From an uncultured Planctomycetota bacterium (GTDB lineage: Bacteria > Planctomycetota > Phycisphaerae > Tepidisphaerales > Tepidisphaeraceae): a DNA stretch of 64,000 nt. Under the pieces are notes generated by a model. That model searched no databases, was not told the origin of the DNA, and was given only the letters and a program-made list of their open reading frames with translations. The translations under genes were made by a program, and so were the position numbers. Where the stretch lies: NCBI GenBank assembly GCA_963841915.1, contig CAWJEN010000001.1:47648-111647 (forward strand), in the 5' to 3' direction. Each line of letters begins with the position of its first letter. Positions within the stretch are counted from its first letter, which is position 1. Of the stretch, positions 38,748 to 49,258 are shown piece by piece.

Positions 38748-39344
38748 TCAGCGACGACGACGCAGGCTCGCCAGACCAACGAGCCCGAAGATAGCCGCCG
38801 AGCTGGGCTCGGGAACAAGATCGAAGGTGAGGTTGTCGATGCTGAAGTTGTCGAAGCTGCCCGGTCCGAAGGTGATCTCGGTGAACGGATTGGCACTCGT
38901 GATGCCGAGGAAGCCTGTGGAGACAAGGCCGATCTGCGAGATCGAGTTCGTCATGCCGTCGACGGTGACAATCGTGTCGCCCGAGATTCCGTTCGGCACG
39001 CCATAGTCGGCACCGAAAGCGGTTACGGGCGAATCGAAGGTCAGCGTGTAGCTGGGGGCGTTGTTGTTGTCGAGGAAGATGTTGAGGATTTGGTTCGTCA
39101 CGTTGAGGTCGCCGGAGATCGAGCTGACGTCCGAAGCGGTGACCGTGAAGAAGCCAAAATCGACGCCGGCTGCCGCTTCGGCACCGGAGTAGGAGGTGTC
39201 GGGGAAGCCATCGAAACCGTATTCGAACGGATTGCTCAGGCCGGCGTCGAACGTCGCTTCGTTGAACTCGAACGAAAGCTGCCCGAGGGCAGGAGCGGTC
39301 GCAGCGGCGGCAGCGACAAGGACGATGGTGGGGATGATCTTCAT
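38748..39344 (-). CDS. PEP-CTERM sorting domain-containing protein
   Basis: Signal MKIIPTIVLVAAAAATAPALG; VPEPSSAAIFGLVGLASLRRRR. Confidence 0.9.
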   Translation of the reverse strand: MKIIPTIVLVAAAAATAPALGQLSFEFNEATFDAGLSNPFEYGFDGFPDTSYSGAEAAAGVDFGFFTVTASDVSSISGDLNVTNQILNIFLDNNNAPSYTLTFDSPVTAFGADYGVPNGISGDTIVTVDGMTNSISQIGLVSTGFLGITSANPFTEITFGPGSFDNFSIDNLTFDLVPEPSSAAIFGLVGLASLRRRR

Positions 39345-39565
39345 TCTTTCTCTCCAATGGTTTGAATCAGGGGCAGACCGAAGCTCCAACGTCTCGAACT
39401 GCGCACAGGTCGTATCAGCCAGAACGGCCGTGTCGCATCCAGTTGCATGTGCTCTCTGTCCCTCGTTTGCAACGGTGGTGACGTCGCATCAACAGCTGAC
39501 AAGAAAAACGTACTGAATCTGTCTGAAGCTGCAAGTGCAACTGCTCAAATATTTCGGCGTGCCGT

Positions 39566-41158
39566 TCACTGGCCTGGTTGGAGCAGGCTCACGCCGGTCA
39601 TCTCCTGCGGCTTTTCGAGGCCCATCAGCTCCAGCAGTGTCGGAGCTACATCAGCCAGGCGGCCGCTTTCGCGGAGCGTCTTTTCCTTGTGTTTGTCACT
39701 GACAACCACGAGCTCAACGAGGAACAGCGTGTGGGCCGTGTGCGGCGGGCCGCCGGTCGTTTCGTCGACCGTCATCTGCTCCGCGTTGCCGTGGTCGGCC
39801 GTCACGATCGCGCTGCCACCGACGCGCTGAACCGCTTCGAGAATCGCCCCGACGCCGTGATCGACGGCCTCGCACGCTTTGACGGCTGCGTCGAAGTTCC
39901 CCGTGTGCCCGACCATGTCGCCGTTTGCGAAGTTGACGACAACAAGGTCGTACGCGCGGCTGGCGATGCGCTTGACGGTCTCTGCCGTCACGCCTGCCGA
40001 CGACATCTCCGGCTTCTGGTCGTACGTCGTCACGTCTTTGGGCGATGGAATGATCTGCCGATCCTCACCCTCGAATGGCTCATCGCGATAGTCGTTGAAA
40101 AAAAACGTGACGTGCGGGTACTTTTCGGTCTCGGCACATCGGAACTGCCGCATGCCCTGGCGGCTGACGTAGTCGCCGAGCGTGTTGGCCATCTTGCCCT
40201 GCTTCGGGAACGCCACGTGCACCGGTAGGCCGGTTTCGTACGCGGTCATGGTCGTAAAGTGCAGGTCGAGCTTCTTGCCGCGGTCGAAGCCGTCGAAGCC
40301 GTCGAGCACGAATGCTCTGGTTAACTCACGCGGCCGATCGCCGCGATAATTGTAAAAGATGACGCTGTCGCCGCTTTCGACGCGACTGTTGCGCCAGTCG
40401 CCCACGGTCCGCGGCGTGACGAACTCGTCCCCCTTGCGATTCGGATCATCGTTGTTCTCGTAGAAGTCCCGAACCGCCGACGATGCGTCGTGGAAGTTCG
40501 GCACGTCGCTCCGGCCGGTCAGCAGGTCGTAGACCTCCTGCACCCGCTCCCAGCGGTTGTCGCGATCCATGGCGTAGTACCGCCCGACGAGGCTGGCGAT
40601 CGAGCCGACGCCAATCTCGTCGCACTTCGCCGCGACCTCGCTCACGTACTGCTGGCCCGTCGTGGGCGGCGTGTCGCGGCCGTCGGTGAACGCGTGAATA
40701 AACACCTTCTCGACGCCCTGCTGCTTGGCAAGCTCCAGGACGCCGTACAGGTGCTCGAGCAAGCCGTGCACACCCGCATCGCTGACGATGCCGAAGAGGT
40801 GAAGCTTCGTCCCCTTCTCCTTGGCATGGCGGCACGCGACGACCAGCTCTTTGTTCTCGGCCAGCTTGCCGGCACGGACAGCCCGGGTGATGCGGACACT
40901 TTCCTGATCCACGATCCGGCCCGCGCCGATGTTCTGGTGACCGACCTCGCTGTTACCCATCGTGCCCTCGGGCAGGCCCACGTCCATCGAGTCGGTTCTG
41001 ATGAGCGTCCGCGGGTACTCGGCTGCGATGCGGTCGGCCACAGGCGTGTTGGCCGATTCCACGGCATCAACGCCCGCCGGCGGGTGGTCGGGGTTGTGAC
41101 CCCATCCGTCGCGGATGATGAGGACGACCGGACGCTTGTTCTCTGGTTGGCTGCTCAC
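39566..41158 (-). CDS. gpmI: 2,3-bisphosphoglycerate-independent phosphoglycerate mutase
   Basis: LIIRDGWG, MGNSEVGH, GRYYAMDRD, AETEKYPHVTFF, DMVGHTG, TADHGNAE. Confidence 0.95.
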   Translation of the reverse strand: MSSQPENKRPVVLIIRDGWGHNPDHPPAGVDAVESANTPVADRIAAEYPRTLIRTDSMDVGLPEGTMGNSEVGHQNIGAGRIVDQESVRITRAVRAGKLAENKELVVACRHAKEKGTKLHLFGIVSDAGVHGLLEHLYGVLELAKQQGVEKVFIHAFTDGRDTPPTTGQQYVSEVAAKCDEIGVGSIASLVGRYYAMDRDNRWERVQEVYDLLTGRSDVPNFHDASSAVRDFYENNDDPNRKGDEFVTPRTVGDWRNSRVESGDSVIFYNYRGDRPRELTRAFVLDGFDGFDRGKKLDLHFTTMTAYETGLPVHVAFPKQGKMANTLGDYVSRQGMRQFRCAETEKYPHVTFFFNDYRDEPFEGEDRQIIPSPKDVTTYDQKPEMSSAGVTAETVKRIASRAYDLVVVNFANGDMVGHTGNFDAAVKACEAVDHGVGAILEAVQRVGGSAIVTADHGNAEQMTVDETTGGPPHTAHTLFLVELVVVSDKHKEKTLRESGRLADVAPTLLELMGLEKPQEMTGVSLLQPGQ

Positions 41159-41221
41159 GTCCGCTAATGTAGTAAGCCGGCGAACGCCGACGTCACTCAA
41201 GCACCCTCGGCCCGTAGGAAA

Positions 41222-42178
41222 ATGCCCATGCCAGCCACGCACACGATCGCACTCATGAACCAGAAGGGTGGCGTCGGTAAGACGACCACCTGCGCCAACC
41301 TCGGTGCCGCCCTGGCCGATCGTGGCAAACGAGTCCTCGTGGCCGACCTGGACCCGCAGGCTCACCTCTCGATCAACTTCGGTGTCGATCCGGCCCAATT
41401 GCCCGACGACGAGGCGACCCTCTACGAAGTGCTCAGCGGCGAAGCCGGTGTGCTTAAGGCCGTCCGGCGACTCGCGGGCAACGGCCTCGAGAACATTTCC
41501 GGCGAGATTCACCTTTTGCCCAGCAGCCTCGACCTGGCCGGGCTGGAGGTCGAACTTGCCGATCAGCAGGATCGCCAGGGACTGCTCCGCAACGCCATCG
41601 CCAACGTCGGTTACGACTACGACGTGGTCTTGCTCGACTGCCCGCCGTCGTTGGGTTTGCTGACCATCAACGCCCTGGCCGCGGCGCAGCATGTTCTGAT
41701 CCCGATGCAGGCGCACTTCCTGGCGCTGCAGGGCTTTGCCAAGCTGCTCGAAACGACGCAGCTCGTCGGCCGCCGGATCAATCCCGACCTCAGCGTGCTG
41801 GGCGTCGTGCTGACCATGTTCGACAGCCAGACGCGTCTGGCGACCGATGTGGCCAATGAGCTGGAGGGCTTCTTCGAAAGTGCCCGCGGGACGGACAAGC
41901 CGTGGGCCGAGGGTCACTTGTTCGAGACGCGAATCCGCCGCAACATCAAGCTGGCTGAGGCGCCGAGCTTTGGCCAGCCGATCCTGACGTACGACCCGCT
42001 GAGCAACGGTTCTGCCGACTACGCCGCACTGGCCGAGGAAGTTGCAGGCAGGCTCGACGGCATAGCCGACGGTGAGCCGTCGGCCACGATTGGCCGCACC
42101 GACACGCAACGCCTGCGGGCGAGCGGCGTTTCGGGCAACGTCTTGCCCGAGGTCCGCCGCGAGGCCGCCGTCGCGTGA
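41222..42178 (+). CDS. ParA/Soj-family ATPase
   Basis: NQKGGVGKTTT, DLDPQ, DCPPSLG, IKLAEAPSFG. Confidence 0.92.
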   Translation: MPMPATHTIALMNQKGGVGKTTTCANLGAALADRGKRVLVADLDPQAHLSINFGVDPAQLPDDEATLYEVLSGEAGVLKAVRRLAGNGLENISGEIHLLPSSLDLAGLEVELADQQDRQGLLRNAIANVGYDYDVVLLDCPPSLGLLTINALAAAQHVLIPMQAHFLALQGFAKLLETTQLVGRRINPDLSVLGVVLTMFDSQTRLATDVANELEGFFESARGTDKPWAEGHLFETRIRRNIKLAEAPSFGQPILTYDPLSNGSADYAALAEEVAGRLDGIADGEPSATIGRTDTQRLRASGVSGNVLPEVRREAAVA

Positions 42179-42558
42179 GCATGTTCCGCCGACTGCTGCG
42201 TCGACCCGGCGTCTTGCTGGCGGTCTATTGGCCGCTGGCGTTCGTGGTCACGCACATCCCACCGCTGTTCAAGCGGGACAAGGAAGAGCGCCTCGACCTG
42301 CCGATCGGGCCGGACAAAGTGGTCCACTTCGGCGGTTTTTTTGTCCTCGCGTGGCTGCTGGCAACGGTGCTGAGCCGCCGGTTCAGCACGCCAGCCGTCG
42401 TGAGTCTGACGGTCGCGGCCTGTGCCATGTACGGGCTGATCGACGAAGTCACGCAACCGGCCTTCGGCCGGACAGCCGACGTGTGGGATTGGGTCGCAGA
42501 CATGCTCGGCTGCGGTGCAGGGCTGCTCGCTTGGCGCTTCACCTACCGCCGGACCTGA
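42175..42558 (+). CDS. VanZ-family membrane protein
   Basis: DKVVHF, DEVTQ...GRTADVWDWVAD. Confidence 0.85.
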   Translation: MSMFRRLLRRPGVLLAVYWPLAFVVTHIPPLFKRDKEERLDLPIGPDKVVHFGGFFVLAWLLATVLSRRFSTPAVVSLTVAACAMYGLIDEVTQPAFGRTADVWDWVADMLGCGAGLLAWRFTYRRT

Positions 42559-42636
42559 CAACGCGTGGCAGCGCGGACCATTATGGGACCGTGAGCGGCG
42601 GCACCCGGACCCGCGGAGCGTGGTAGGTTTCGGCTA

Positions 42637-43866
42637 ATGGGCGAGATTTTGCATGTTCCTACTTCTCCCGTCACCGGCACCGCCGCGGGTGAGCCGTTCT
42701 TCGAGCTGTCGGGCGTACCGGTGGACGAAGGCCGACTAGCCGATTCCGCAGCGTCGGCCATGGAGCAACCGACCGGCGAGATCCGCTACGTCATCGACCC
42801 GATCAGCGGACACGTCTGGAACACTGCCTTCAACTTCGAGCACCTCCGCCTCGACGAGGGGTACGACATCAACCTGTCGAATTCGCCCGCGTATCGGCAG
42901 TACCTGGAGCAGGAGGCCCGCGGCTTCGTCGAGCGATACGGCCTGCGTCGCGGCAGCCGAGTGCTCGAAATCGGGTGCGGCAAGGGAACGTTCCTCCGAG
43001 AGGTCTGCCGCGTCGGCGGAGCCGCGGGTGTCGGCTTCGACCCGACGTACATCCGCGATCCCAAGGCAGATGAAGGGCTTGATGTCACCTTCGTCAAGTC
43101 GCTATTCACCGAAGAGGCGGCCGCGAGCAGCGGGCAGTTCGATGCCGTCATGATCCGGAGCGTGCTGCAGTATTTTGAGCGACCGATGAGCCTGATCAAG
43201 CTCGTCCGCCGCCTCGCCGGTGACCGCGATATGCCGGTCTACATCGAGGTGCCCAACGGCGAGCACACGTTCGCCGGCGGGTGCGTCTGGAGCGCGGTGT
43301 ACGAGTACGCCAACTGGTACTCACCGACAAGCCTTGCGATGCTCTTGGCTAGCTGCGGGTTCGCGACGCGACGACTCGAGGCCACATTCGCCGAAGGGCA
43401 GAACCTTGTCGGCGAGTTCGTGCCCGGCACGCCGTTGTCTCATCACCAACATCCGCCGGCCAAGATCGTTGCCGAGCAGGTCGCCGCCGCTCACGCGTTT
43501 GCAGAGGCTTACGAGGCGACAATGGCCGAGTGGTCGGTGCGGCTCGACGGCTGGTACGCCATGGGCCGCCGCGTCGCCTTGTGGGGCTGCGGGGCACGAG
43601 CGATCACCCTGCTGAGTCGCTGCGACGCCCAGGCGACGCGAGTGCAGCATTGTGTCGACCTCAATCCCAATCGGCACAACATGTTCCTGCCGATCACGGG
43701 GCACGAAGTGAGCGAGCCGGCGTCGCTCAACACTTTCGAACCGGACGTCGTCATCATCACCAACACCGGCTACGCCGACGAGATCGAGGCCGATCTGGCG
43801 GCGATTGGACTCGGCCACGTCGAGACGGCGGTGCTGCCGTCGGTGGCGGCGTTGCAGCCTGCCTGA
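42637..43866 (+). CDS. Class I SAM-dependent methyltransferase (NDP-sugar C-methyltransferase-like)
   Basis: VLEIGCGKG, GFDP, YIEVPN, C-terminal ALWG...VDLNP domain. Confidence 0.85.
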   Translation: MGEILHVPTSPVTGTAAGEPFFELSGVPVDEGRLADSAASAMEQPTGEIRYVIDPISGHVWNTAFNFEHLRLDEGYDINLSNSPAYRQYLEQEARGFVERYGLRRGSRVLEIGCGKGTFLREVCRVGGAAGVGFDPTYIRDPKADEGLDVTFVKSLFTEEAAASSGQFDAVMIRSVLQYFERPMSLIKLVRRLAGDRDMPVYIEVPNGEHTFAGGCVWSAVYEYANWYSPTSLAMLLASCGFATRRLEATFAEGQNLVGEFVPGTPLSHHQHPPAKIVAEQVAAAHAFAEAYEATMAEWSVRLDGWYAMGRRVALWGCGARAITLLSRCDAQATRVQHCVDLNPNRHNMFLPITGHEVSEPASLNTFEPDVVIITNTGYADEIEADLAAIGLGHVETAVLPSVAALQPA

Positions 43867-43873
43867 ATAAAGA

Positions 43874-43897
43874 AGCCGCGTCGCAAGGCGACGCGGC
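43874..43897. terminator. Hairpin between convergent genes
   Basis: gccgcgtcgc-aag-gcgacgcggc; a second hairpin gccaagccac-tgaa-gtggcttggc at ~43936-43959. Confidence 0.5.
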
Positions 43898-43970
43898 CTC
43901 AAACACCTTTGAGTCGATGGAGTTTCGGCTTCAGAGCCAAGCCACTGAAGTGGCTTGGCCTTGAGGCGCA

Positions 43971-45833
43971 TCACGGAATGTCGTTGCGCTCGTCGTTCGA
44001 GTCGGTGCTGGCGGTGTCGTTACCAGAGCCGCCGAAGAGCGTGTCGATCTCGTTGTCTTCGGCGAAGAAGGTGTCGTCGCCTTCGAGGCCGCGCATGATG
44101 TCACGACCCGGGCCACCGTCGAAGATGTCGTTGCCGATGCCGCCTTCGAGGGTGTCGTTACCGGCGTTGCCGAAGAGGCGGACGTCGTTGTCGCTGGTGG
44201 TGGAGAAGTCGTCGTCACCGCTGCCACCGAGGAGAATTTCGATGTCGTCTTTGACGTCGTCGCTTTCGCCGCTCTCGCCGTCGTCGGCCAAGACGCCCAG
44301 TCCGACGACCAGGTTTTCGACGCGGTCTGCGTAGCTGAGGCGATCGGTGCCGCTACCACCGGCGATGTAGTCGCCGCCGTAGCCGGGCTCGATGATGTCG
44401 TTGCCACCTGAGCCGAAGATGAAGTCGTCACCGCCTGTGTCAGGTGTGGCTCCGCCACTGCTTTGGCCGCCGAAGATGTTGTCACCGCCGTTGGAGCCGA
44501 TGATCGTGTCGTCACCCGCACCGCCGTCGAGACGGCTACTGGCGGTGACGCCGCTGACGATGATCGAGTCGTTCCCGCCGAGCCCGCGGATGAAGATCTC
44601 GCGGATGTCGCTGGCCAGCAGGTTGCCGCTGGCCTCGACGCGCGAGCCGTCACGGCTGCCGGCGAAGAAGGTGACGCGGCTGTCACCGGCGTAGCTGACG
44701 ACGGTGATGCGGTCGGCCGACTCGCTACCGGTGAAGCTCAGCACGCCGTCCTCGAAGGTGGCGTTGCCGGTGACGCTGTCAGTCGTGCTGCCGCTGTCGC
44801 CGGTGATGGAACCTTCAAACGCGGACTCGTCTGCGGTGCCATTGAAGGTGTCGCTGACGCTACCAGCCGGGTCGAGGTCGCCGTAGACGAGGTCCTGGCC
44901 CGGGCCTCCGGCGTTGCCTGTGCCGGGGGCCTCGTTCTCGTTGGCGTCGATGATGTCAGCTTCACCGTCGGCGGCGAAGATGAAGTCACGGCCGAGCAAG
45001 CCCACCAGTGAGTCCTGTCCGACGCCACCGATAAGTGTGTCGTCGGCCTGGCTGCCGCGGAGGGTGTCGTTGCCCGCGCCGCCGACGAGTCGGACGCTGT
45101 AGGTGACAGCCGGTGCCGACAGGAAGTCGTTACCGCTGCCGCCGACGAGGGTTTCGATGTCCTCTTGGACATTGTCTCGCTCGCCTTCGTTGAGCTGACC
45201 GTCGTTGGCCAGGCCGTCAATCGTGACCGACACCTGATCGGTGCGGTTGCGGTAGTCGACGGTGTCGTTGCCCGCGCCGCCGATGAAGTTGTCATCACCA
45301 GCGCCACCGGCCATCAGGTCGTTACCGCGGCCGCCGAAGATGTAGTCGTTGCCACCTTCTGCCAGCACGGTGTCGGCCCGCGGTCCACCGCTGATCGTGT
45401 CATCGCCGCCGCCCGCCACGACGTTGATCGGGACGGACAGGGTCTGCCCAGCGATGACGAGGTCGTTACCGCCAAACGTCGTGACGACGACGCGGCGGAC
45501 GTCAGTGCCTTCCGGGATCTCGCCGACGCCTGCGACGTCGAAGAACTCGCTGATGACAGGCGTGGTGCTGTCGTTGATGTAGTTGATGTAGTCGGCCTCG
45601 GTCGTGCCGGCCGGTGCGCCGTCGCCGTTGGATTCGTAGACGCGGAAGCCGGTAACGCCGTCCGCTTCGGTGCCGCGGGTCTCGAACTGGACGATGTCAT
45701 TGCCGGCGTCGACGCTGACATTGAGCACGCCAGTCGAGTCATCGAATGTGATGGCAAGCAGGCGGCGACCTTCCAGCCGCTCAATACCGGCGGATACGGC
45801 ACGATCAAAACGGCGCTTCGTAGTGGTCTTCAT
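43971..45833 (-). CDS. Extracellular calcium-binding protein with RTX/hemolysin-type GGxGxD repeats and an LExRxLL N-terminus
   Basis: GIERLEGRRLL; many GGxGNDxL nonapeptides; acidic. Confidence 0.9.
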   Translation of the reverse strand: MKTTTKRRFDRAVSAGIERLEGRRLLAITFDDSTGVLNVSVDAGNDIVQFETRGTEADGVTGFRVYESNGDGAPAGTTEADYINYINDSTTPVISEFFDVAGVGEIPEGTDVRRVVVTTFGGNDLVIAGQTLSVPINVVAGGGDDTISGGPRADTVLAEGGNDYIFGGRGNDLMAGGAGDDNFIGGAGNDTVDYRNRTDQVSVTIDGLANDGQLNEGERDNVQEDIETLVGGSGNDFLSAPAVTYSVRLVGGAGNDTLRGSQADDTLIGGVGQDSLVGLLGRDFIFAADGEADIIDANENEAPGTGNAGGPGQDLVYGDLDPAGSVSDTFNGTADESAFEGSITGDSGSTTDSVTGNATFEDGVLSFTGSESADRITVVSYAGDSRVTFFAGSRDGSRVEASGNLLASDIREIFIRGLGGNDSIIVSGVTASSRLDGGAGDDTIIGSNGGDNIFGGQSSGGATPDTGGDDFIFGSGGNDIIEPGYGGDYIAGGSGTDRLSYADRVENLVVGLGVLADDGESGESDDVKDDIEILLGGSGDDDFSTTSDNDVRLFGNAGNDTLEGGIGNDIFDGGPGRDIMRGLEGDDTFFAEDNEIDTLFGGSGNDTASTDSNDERNDIP

Positions 45834-45934
45834 AGTTGTCTGGCGGTGGATTAAGGATTTTTAAATGTCTCGGAATTATCGGCAGCGTCGCACGAAGCCC
45901 TACAACCCGTCAATGCCAGACCCTGCAGACCCCG

Positions 45935-46966
45935 TTAAGCCGCCTCCGGGGTGAGCCCCAGCGAACGCGCCTGCTGCACGAACTGGTCGAGCAAGGGATC
46001 TGCCGCGTCACGCAGCCGGCCGGCCGCTTCAAGGTGGGCCAGACTCCGTGCGACACCGTCGATGAACGCGACCTCGCACCTGAACTCTGGCACGTCCCGC
46101 ATGGCGGCGGCGCTCGTGTATGCCCCGTGGTATCCGGTAATATCCCGCAACAGCCCAAATCGTTCAGCATCGGCTTCGACGATGGCGTCACGAGGCAGGA
46201 ACAGAAGCTGTGCCGTTTTTCCGAAGTAGGCTGCCGCTTCGCGGTAGTAGTCACGCCACGTAAAGACCCGCTGCGTCGTCGCGTTGTAGGACTTGCCGAA
46301 CGTGACGCTCCGACCGGCGGCGTAGGCGAAGAGCTTGCCGACGTCGTCGCGATGCGTGCTGTTCCACAAACCCAATCCGTCCCCGGCCAAGATGACTGGT
46401 AAACCTTGACGAATCCGCTCCCAGTCAGGTGTGTCGAACTCAAGCTGGCCGATGATGTTACCGCCCTCGCCGTAGGTGGAGCTGGGGCGGATGACCGTCA
46501 CCGCGACGTCGCCCTTCGCGTCGGCATTGAGCAAAACCTGCTCAGCGGCAAGTTTGTTTCGGCCGTAGCTGCTGATGGGCTCCTGCGGCCACGTCTCGTC
46601 AATGATCACCGTCGGCGGCACCTTGATGCCGTACGTACAGACCGTGCTGCAGAAGATAAGGTGCTCTGCCGAGACGTGACGGCACAGCCGCAGCGTCGCC
46701 TCGGCCTGCTCGACATTGAAGCCGATCATGTCGATGACGACGTCGAATTGCTCACCGTCGAACGCCTGCAACAGCGTCTCGACGTCGTTGCGGTCGCCGT
46801 GTCGTTGTTCGACCACACCCGGAAGCGGCTGATCAGATTTGGCGTCGGTTCTGCCGCGATTGAAACAGATGACCTTAATCGGCTCGTGCTCGCTGCGGGC
46901 GATGAGGTGCTTGATGATGCCGACGCTAATGAGGCCAGTACCGCCGAGAAGGAGAATCCGGGTCAT
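45935..46966 (-). CDS. NAD-dependent epimerase/dehydratase
   Basis: ILLLGGTGLIS, YGRNK (YxxxK), IRPSSTYG. Confidence 0.88.
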   Translation of the reverse strand: MTRILLLGGTGLISVGIIKHLIARSEHEPIKVICFNRGRTDAKSDQPLPGVVEQRHGDRNDVETLLQAFDGEQFDVVIDMIGFNVEQAEATLRLCRHVSAEHLIFCSTVCTYGIKVPPTVIIDETWPQEPISSYGRNKLAAEQVLLNADAKGDVAVTVIRPSSTYGEGGNIIGQLEFDTPDWERIRQGLPVILAGDGLGLWNSTHRDDVGKLFAYAAGRSVTFGKSYNATTQRVFTWRDYYREAAAYFGKTAQLLFLPRDAIVEADAERFGLLRDITGYHGAYTSAAAMRDVPEFRCEVAFIDGVARSLAHLEAAGRLRDAADPLLDQFVQQARSLGLTPEAA

Positions 46967-47000
46967 GATCGACCCTAGCCCGCGGCCGATAGGCTGAGGT

Positions 47001-48125
47001 ATGCGGATCACGTTCGTGCTGCCTCTGCCGAGCCTGTCGGGTGGCGTGCGCGTGGTGGCCGAGTATGCCAAGCACCTCAGCGAGCGAGGGCACACGGTGA
47101 CCGTCGTCAGCACCGGCCTTCCGCCAAAGCCGCCAGTCTGGCAACGCATCCGCAGGCGGCTGAGCCGACTCAAGCGTGGCGACATTTGCGGCGCGTTCTT
47201 TCCGACGCACCCGCCGATCCACAACGATCACTTTGATGCCGTTCCGCACCTGCACACCCTGCTCCCGCACGCAGGCCCGGTGACGGATCGCGACGTGCCC
47301 GACGCCGACATCGTCCTTTCGACCTGGTGGGAGACGGTGCCGTGGGTTGCCAATCTCTCGCCATCGAAGGGTCGTAAGATTCACTTCCTCCAGCACGACG
47401 AGCGGGCGATGGCAACAGACGACGCGATCGCCCGACGCATCGGCGACGTCAGCTGGAAGACGCCCGGCTTCCGCCGTGTGGCCGTGGCGTCGTGGATCAA
47501 AGACATCGGCCAACGCGAGTTCGGCGTCTCCGACTGCGTTGTCATGTCTAACGCGGTCGACCACGACCACTTCAACGCCGAGCCGCGCGAGCTTGGGAAT
47601 CCGCCGGCCGTCGGGTTCATGACGAGTGCCGTTCGCTTCAAGGGCTCGGACATAGCCCAGCAGGCGTGGCAATTGGCCAGAGAGCGGGTGCCAAATCTTC
47701 GACTTGTCACGTTCGGCACGTCAATCGATCCCGACCTGCCGCTTCCACCTGAGGCCGAGCATCACAACAAGCCGCCGCAAACGACGATTGCCGATGTCTA
47801 TCGGTCATGCGACGCGTGGCTGTTTGCGAGCCGATGCGAAGGGTTTGGGCTGCCGATCCTGGAAGCGATGGCCTGCCGGACACCTGTCATCGGCACACCG
47901 ACAGGAGCTGGCCCCGACCTGATCAACGATACGAACGGCCGCCTCGTCGCGATGGAGGACGTGTCTGCCATGGCCGACGCCATTGTGGCTGTGGTGACGC
48001 AACCGGCGGGCGAGTGGCGACAAATGAGCGATGCGGCACTGGCCACTGCCCACCTCCACGCGTGGCCGGCGGCGACGGATCGATTCGAGGCTTTCTTGAA
48101 GGATGTTGCCCAGACGCCTGGTTAG
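47001..48125 (+). CDS. Glycosyltransferase family 4
   Basis: SGGVRVV, EGFGLPILEAMAC. Confidence 0.92.
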   Translation: MRITFVLPLPSLSGGVRVVAEYAKHLSERGHTVTVVSTGLPPKPPVWQRIRRRLSRLKRGDICGAFFPTHPPIHNDHFDAVPHLHTLLPHAGPVTDRDVPDADIVLSTWWETVPWVANLSPSKGRKIHFLQHDERAMATDDAIARRIGDVSWKTPGFRRVAVASWIKDIGQREFGVSDCVVMSNAVDHDHFNAEPRELGNPPAVGFMTSAVRFKGSDIAQQAWQLARERVPNLRLVTFGTSIDPDLPLPPEAEHHNKPPQTTIADVYRSCDAWLFASRCEGFGLPILEAMACRTPVIGTPTGAGPDLINDTNGRLVAMEDVSAMADAIVAVVTQPAGEWRQMSDAALATAHLHAWPAATDRFEAFLKDVAQTPG

Positions 48126-48202
48126 GCGAATCGACCGCGAGTCTGCCGCCCGCGCAGCCGATACAGTCAGGCCAGGTCATCTGCCGTCAGACACTCAAGC
48201 CC

Positions 48203-49258
48203 GTGAACGCCCGCCTCCACAACGACCCGCCCGGCCGGACGCTCAGCGTCGTGCTGCCTGCTTACAACGAGCAGGAAGTTCTGCCGATGACCTTCGAGCG
48301 ATTTCTCGGCGTCTCCGATGAGTTGCAGGCACTTGGACTCGATCTCGAGCTCGTCTTCGTCAACGACGGCAGCCGTGATCGAACCGCTGAGCTGCTCGAC
48401 GAGGCCGCCCGCGGCGATCGACGCATCAAGGCCGTCCACCTCACCCGCAACTTCGGCCACCAGGCCGCCATTTCGGCCGGCCTGAAACTCGCCACGGGTG
48501 AGTTGGTAGCCGTCATGGACTGCGACCTGCAGGACCCGCCTGAGGTGCTGCCACGCTTTGTGGCCAAGGTGCGAGAGGGGTATCAGGTCGTCTACGCGGT
48601 GCGTCGCAAGCGTAAAGAGTCAATCTTCAAGCGGACGGCCTACTGGACGTTCTACCGGTTGATGGGCCTTGTAGCCGAGATGGACATTCCGCTCGACTCG
48701 GGCGACTTCTGCGTGATGCACCGGTCGGCAGTCGATCTGCTGAACAACCTGCCCGAGCGTCAGCGTTTCGTCCGCGGGCTGCGGACGTGGGTTGGGCTGA
48801 AGCAGACGGGCCTGGAGTATGAGCGTGACGCCCGCGCCGCCGGCGTGCCGCAGTACACGTTTAAGAAGCTGCTCGGACTCGCCGCCGACGGACTCGTCAG
48901 CTTCAGCGGTGTGCCGCTGAAGATGGTGACGCGGATCGGCATGGGTGCTGCGATGGTGTCGCTGCTGTTCCTGGCCTGGGTCGTCATCGATGGCCTGTTC
49001 GGCTTTACCGACTTCAACCGCGGCTGGCCTTCCCTGGCGGCAATCATCACCTTCTTCTCCGCCGTGCAGCTCATCGCCCTCGGCATTATCGGTGAATACC
49101 TCAACCGGATCTTCATTGAGGTCAAGGGACGGCCGACCTTCCTCGTCGCCCGCGTCACAACGAGCCAGACCGGCGAAGGCGTTGTCGAAAGCGGTGCAAT
49201 TGCCAACCTGCCGAACGAGCCGGCTTCGACCAATACACCGCAGGAGGCCGCCGCTTGA
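48203..49258 (+). CDS. Glycosyltransferase family 2 (GtrB/polyprenol-phosphate type)
   Basis: VVLPAYNE, VNDGSRD, RNFGHQAA, DCDLQDPP, two C-terminal TM helices. Confidence 0.92.
   Translation: MNARLHNDPPGRTLSVVLPAYNEQEVLPMTFERFLGVSDELQALGLDLELVFVNDGSRDRTAELLDEAARGDRRIKAVHLTRNFGHQAAISAGLKLATGELVAVMDCDLQDPPEVLPRFVAKVREGYQVVYAVRRKRKESIFKRTAYWTFYRLMGLVAEMDIPLDSGDFCVMHRSAVDLLNNLPERQRFVRGLRTWVGLKQTGLEYERDARAAGVPQYTFKKLLGLAADGLVSFSGVPLKMVTRIGMGAAMVSLLFLAWVVIDGLFGFTDFNRGWPSLAAIITFFSAVQLIALGIIGEYLNRIFIEVKGRPTFLVARVTTSQTGEGVVESGAIANLPNEPASTNTPQEAAA

Noticed and set aside
39440..39545. TGCAAC-like words upstream of the third PEP-CTERM gene as the cluster A motif or a sigma54 promoter
   Set aside because: Only 6-8 nt matches, different arrangement, and no properly spaced -24 GG element.
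38608..39560. Integrative element at tRNA-Leu
   Set aside because: No integrase and no duplicated tRNA 3' end were seen.
41159..42109. N-terminal extension of GpmI (847-aa ORF)
   Set aside because: It is antisense to the ParA gene; GpmI homology begins at ~41158.
43971..45833. RTX toxin
   Set aside because: Only calcium-binding repeats; no toxin domain, acyltransferase or type I secretion genes adjacent.
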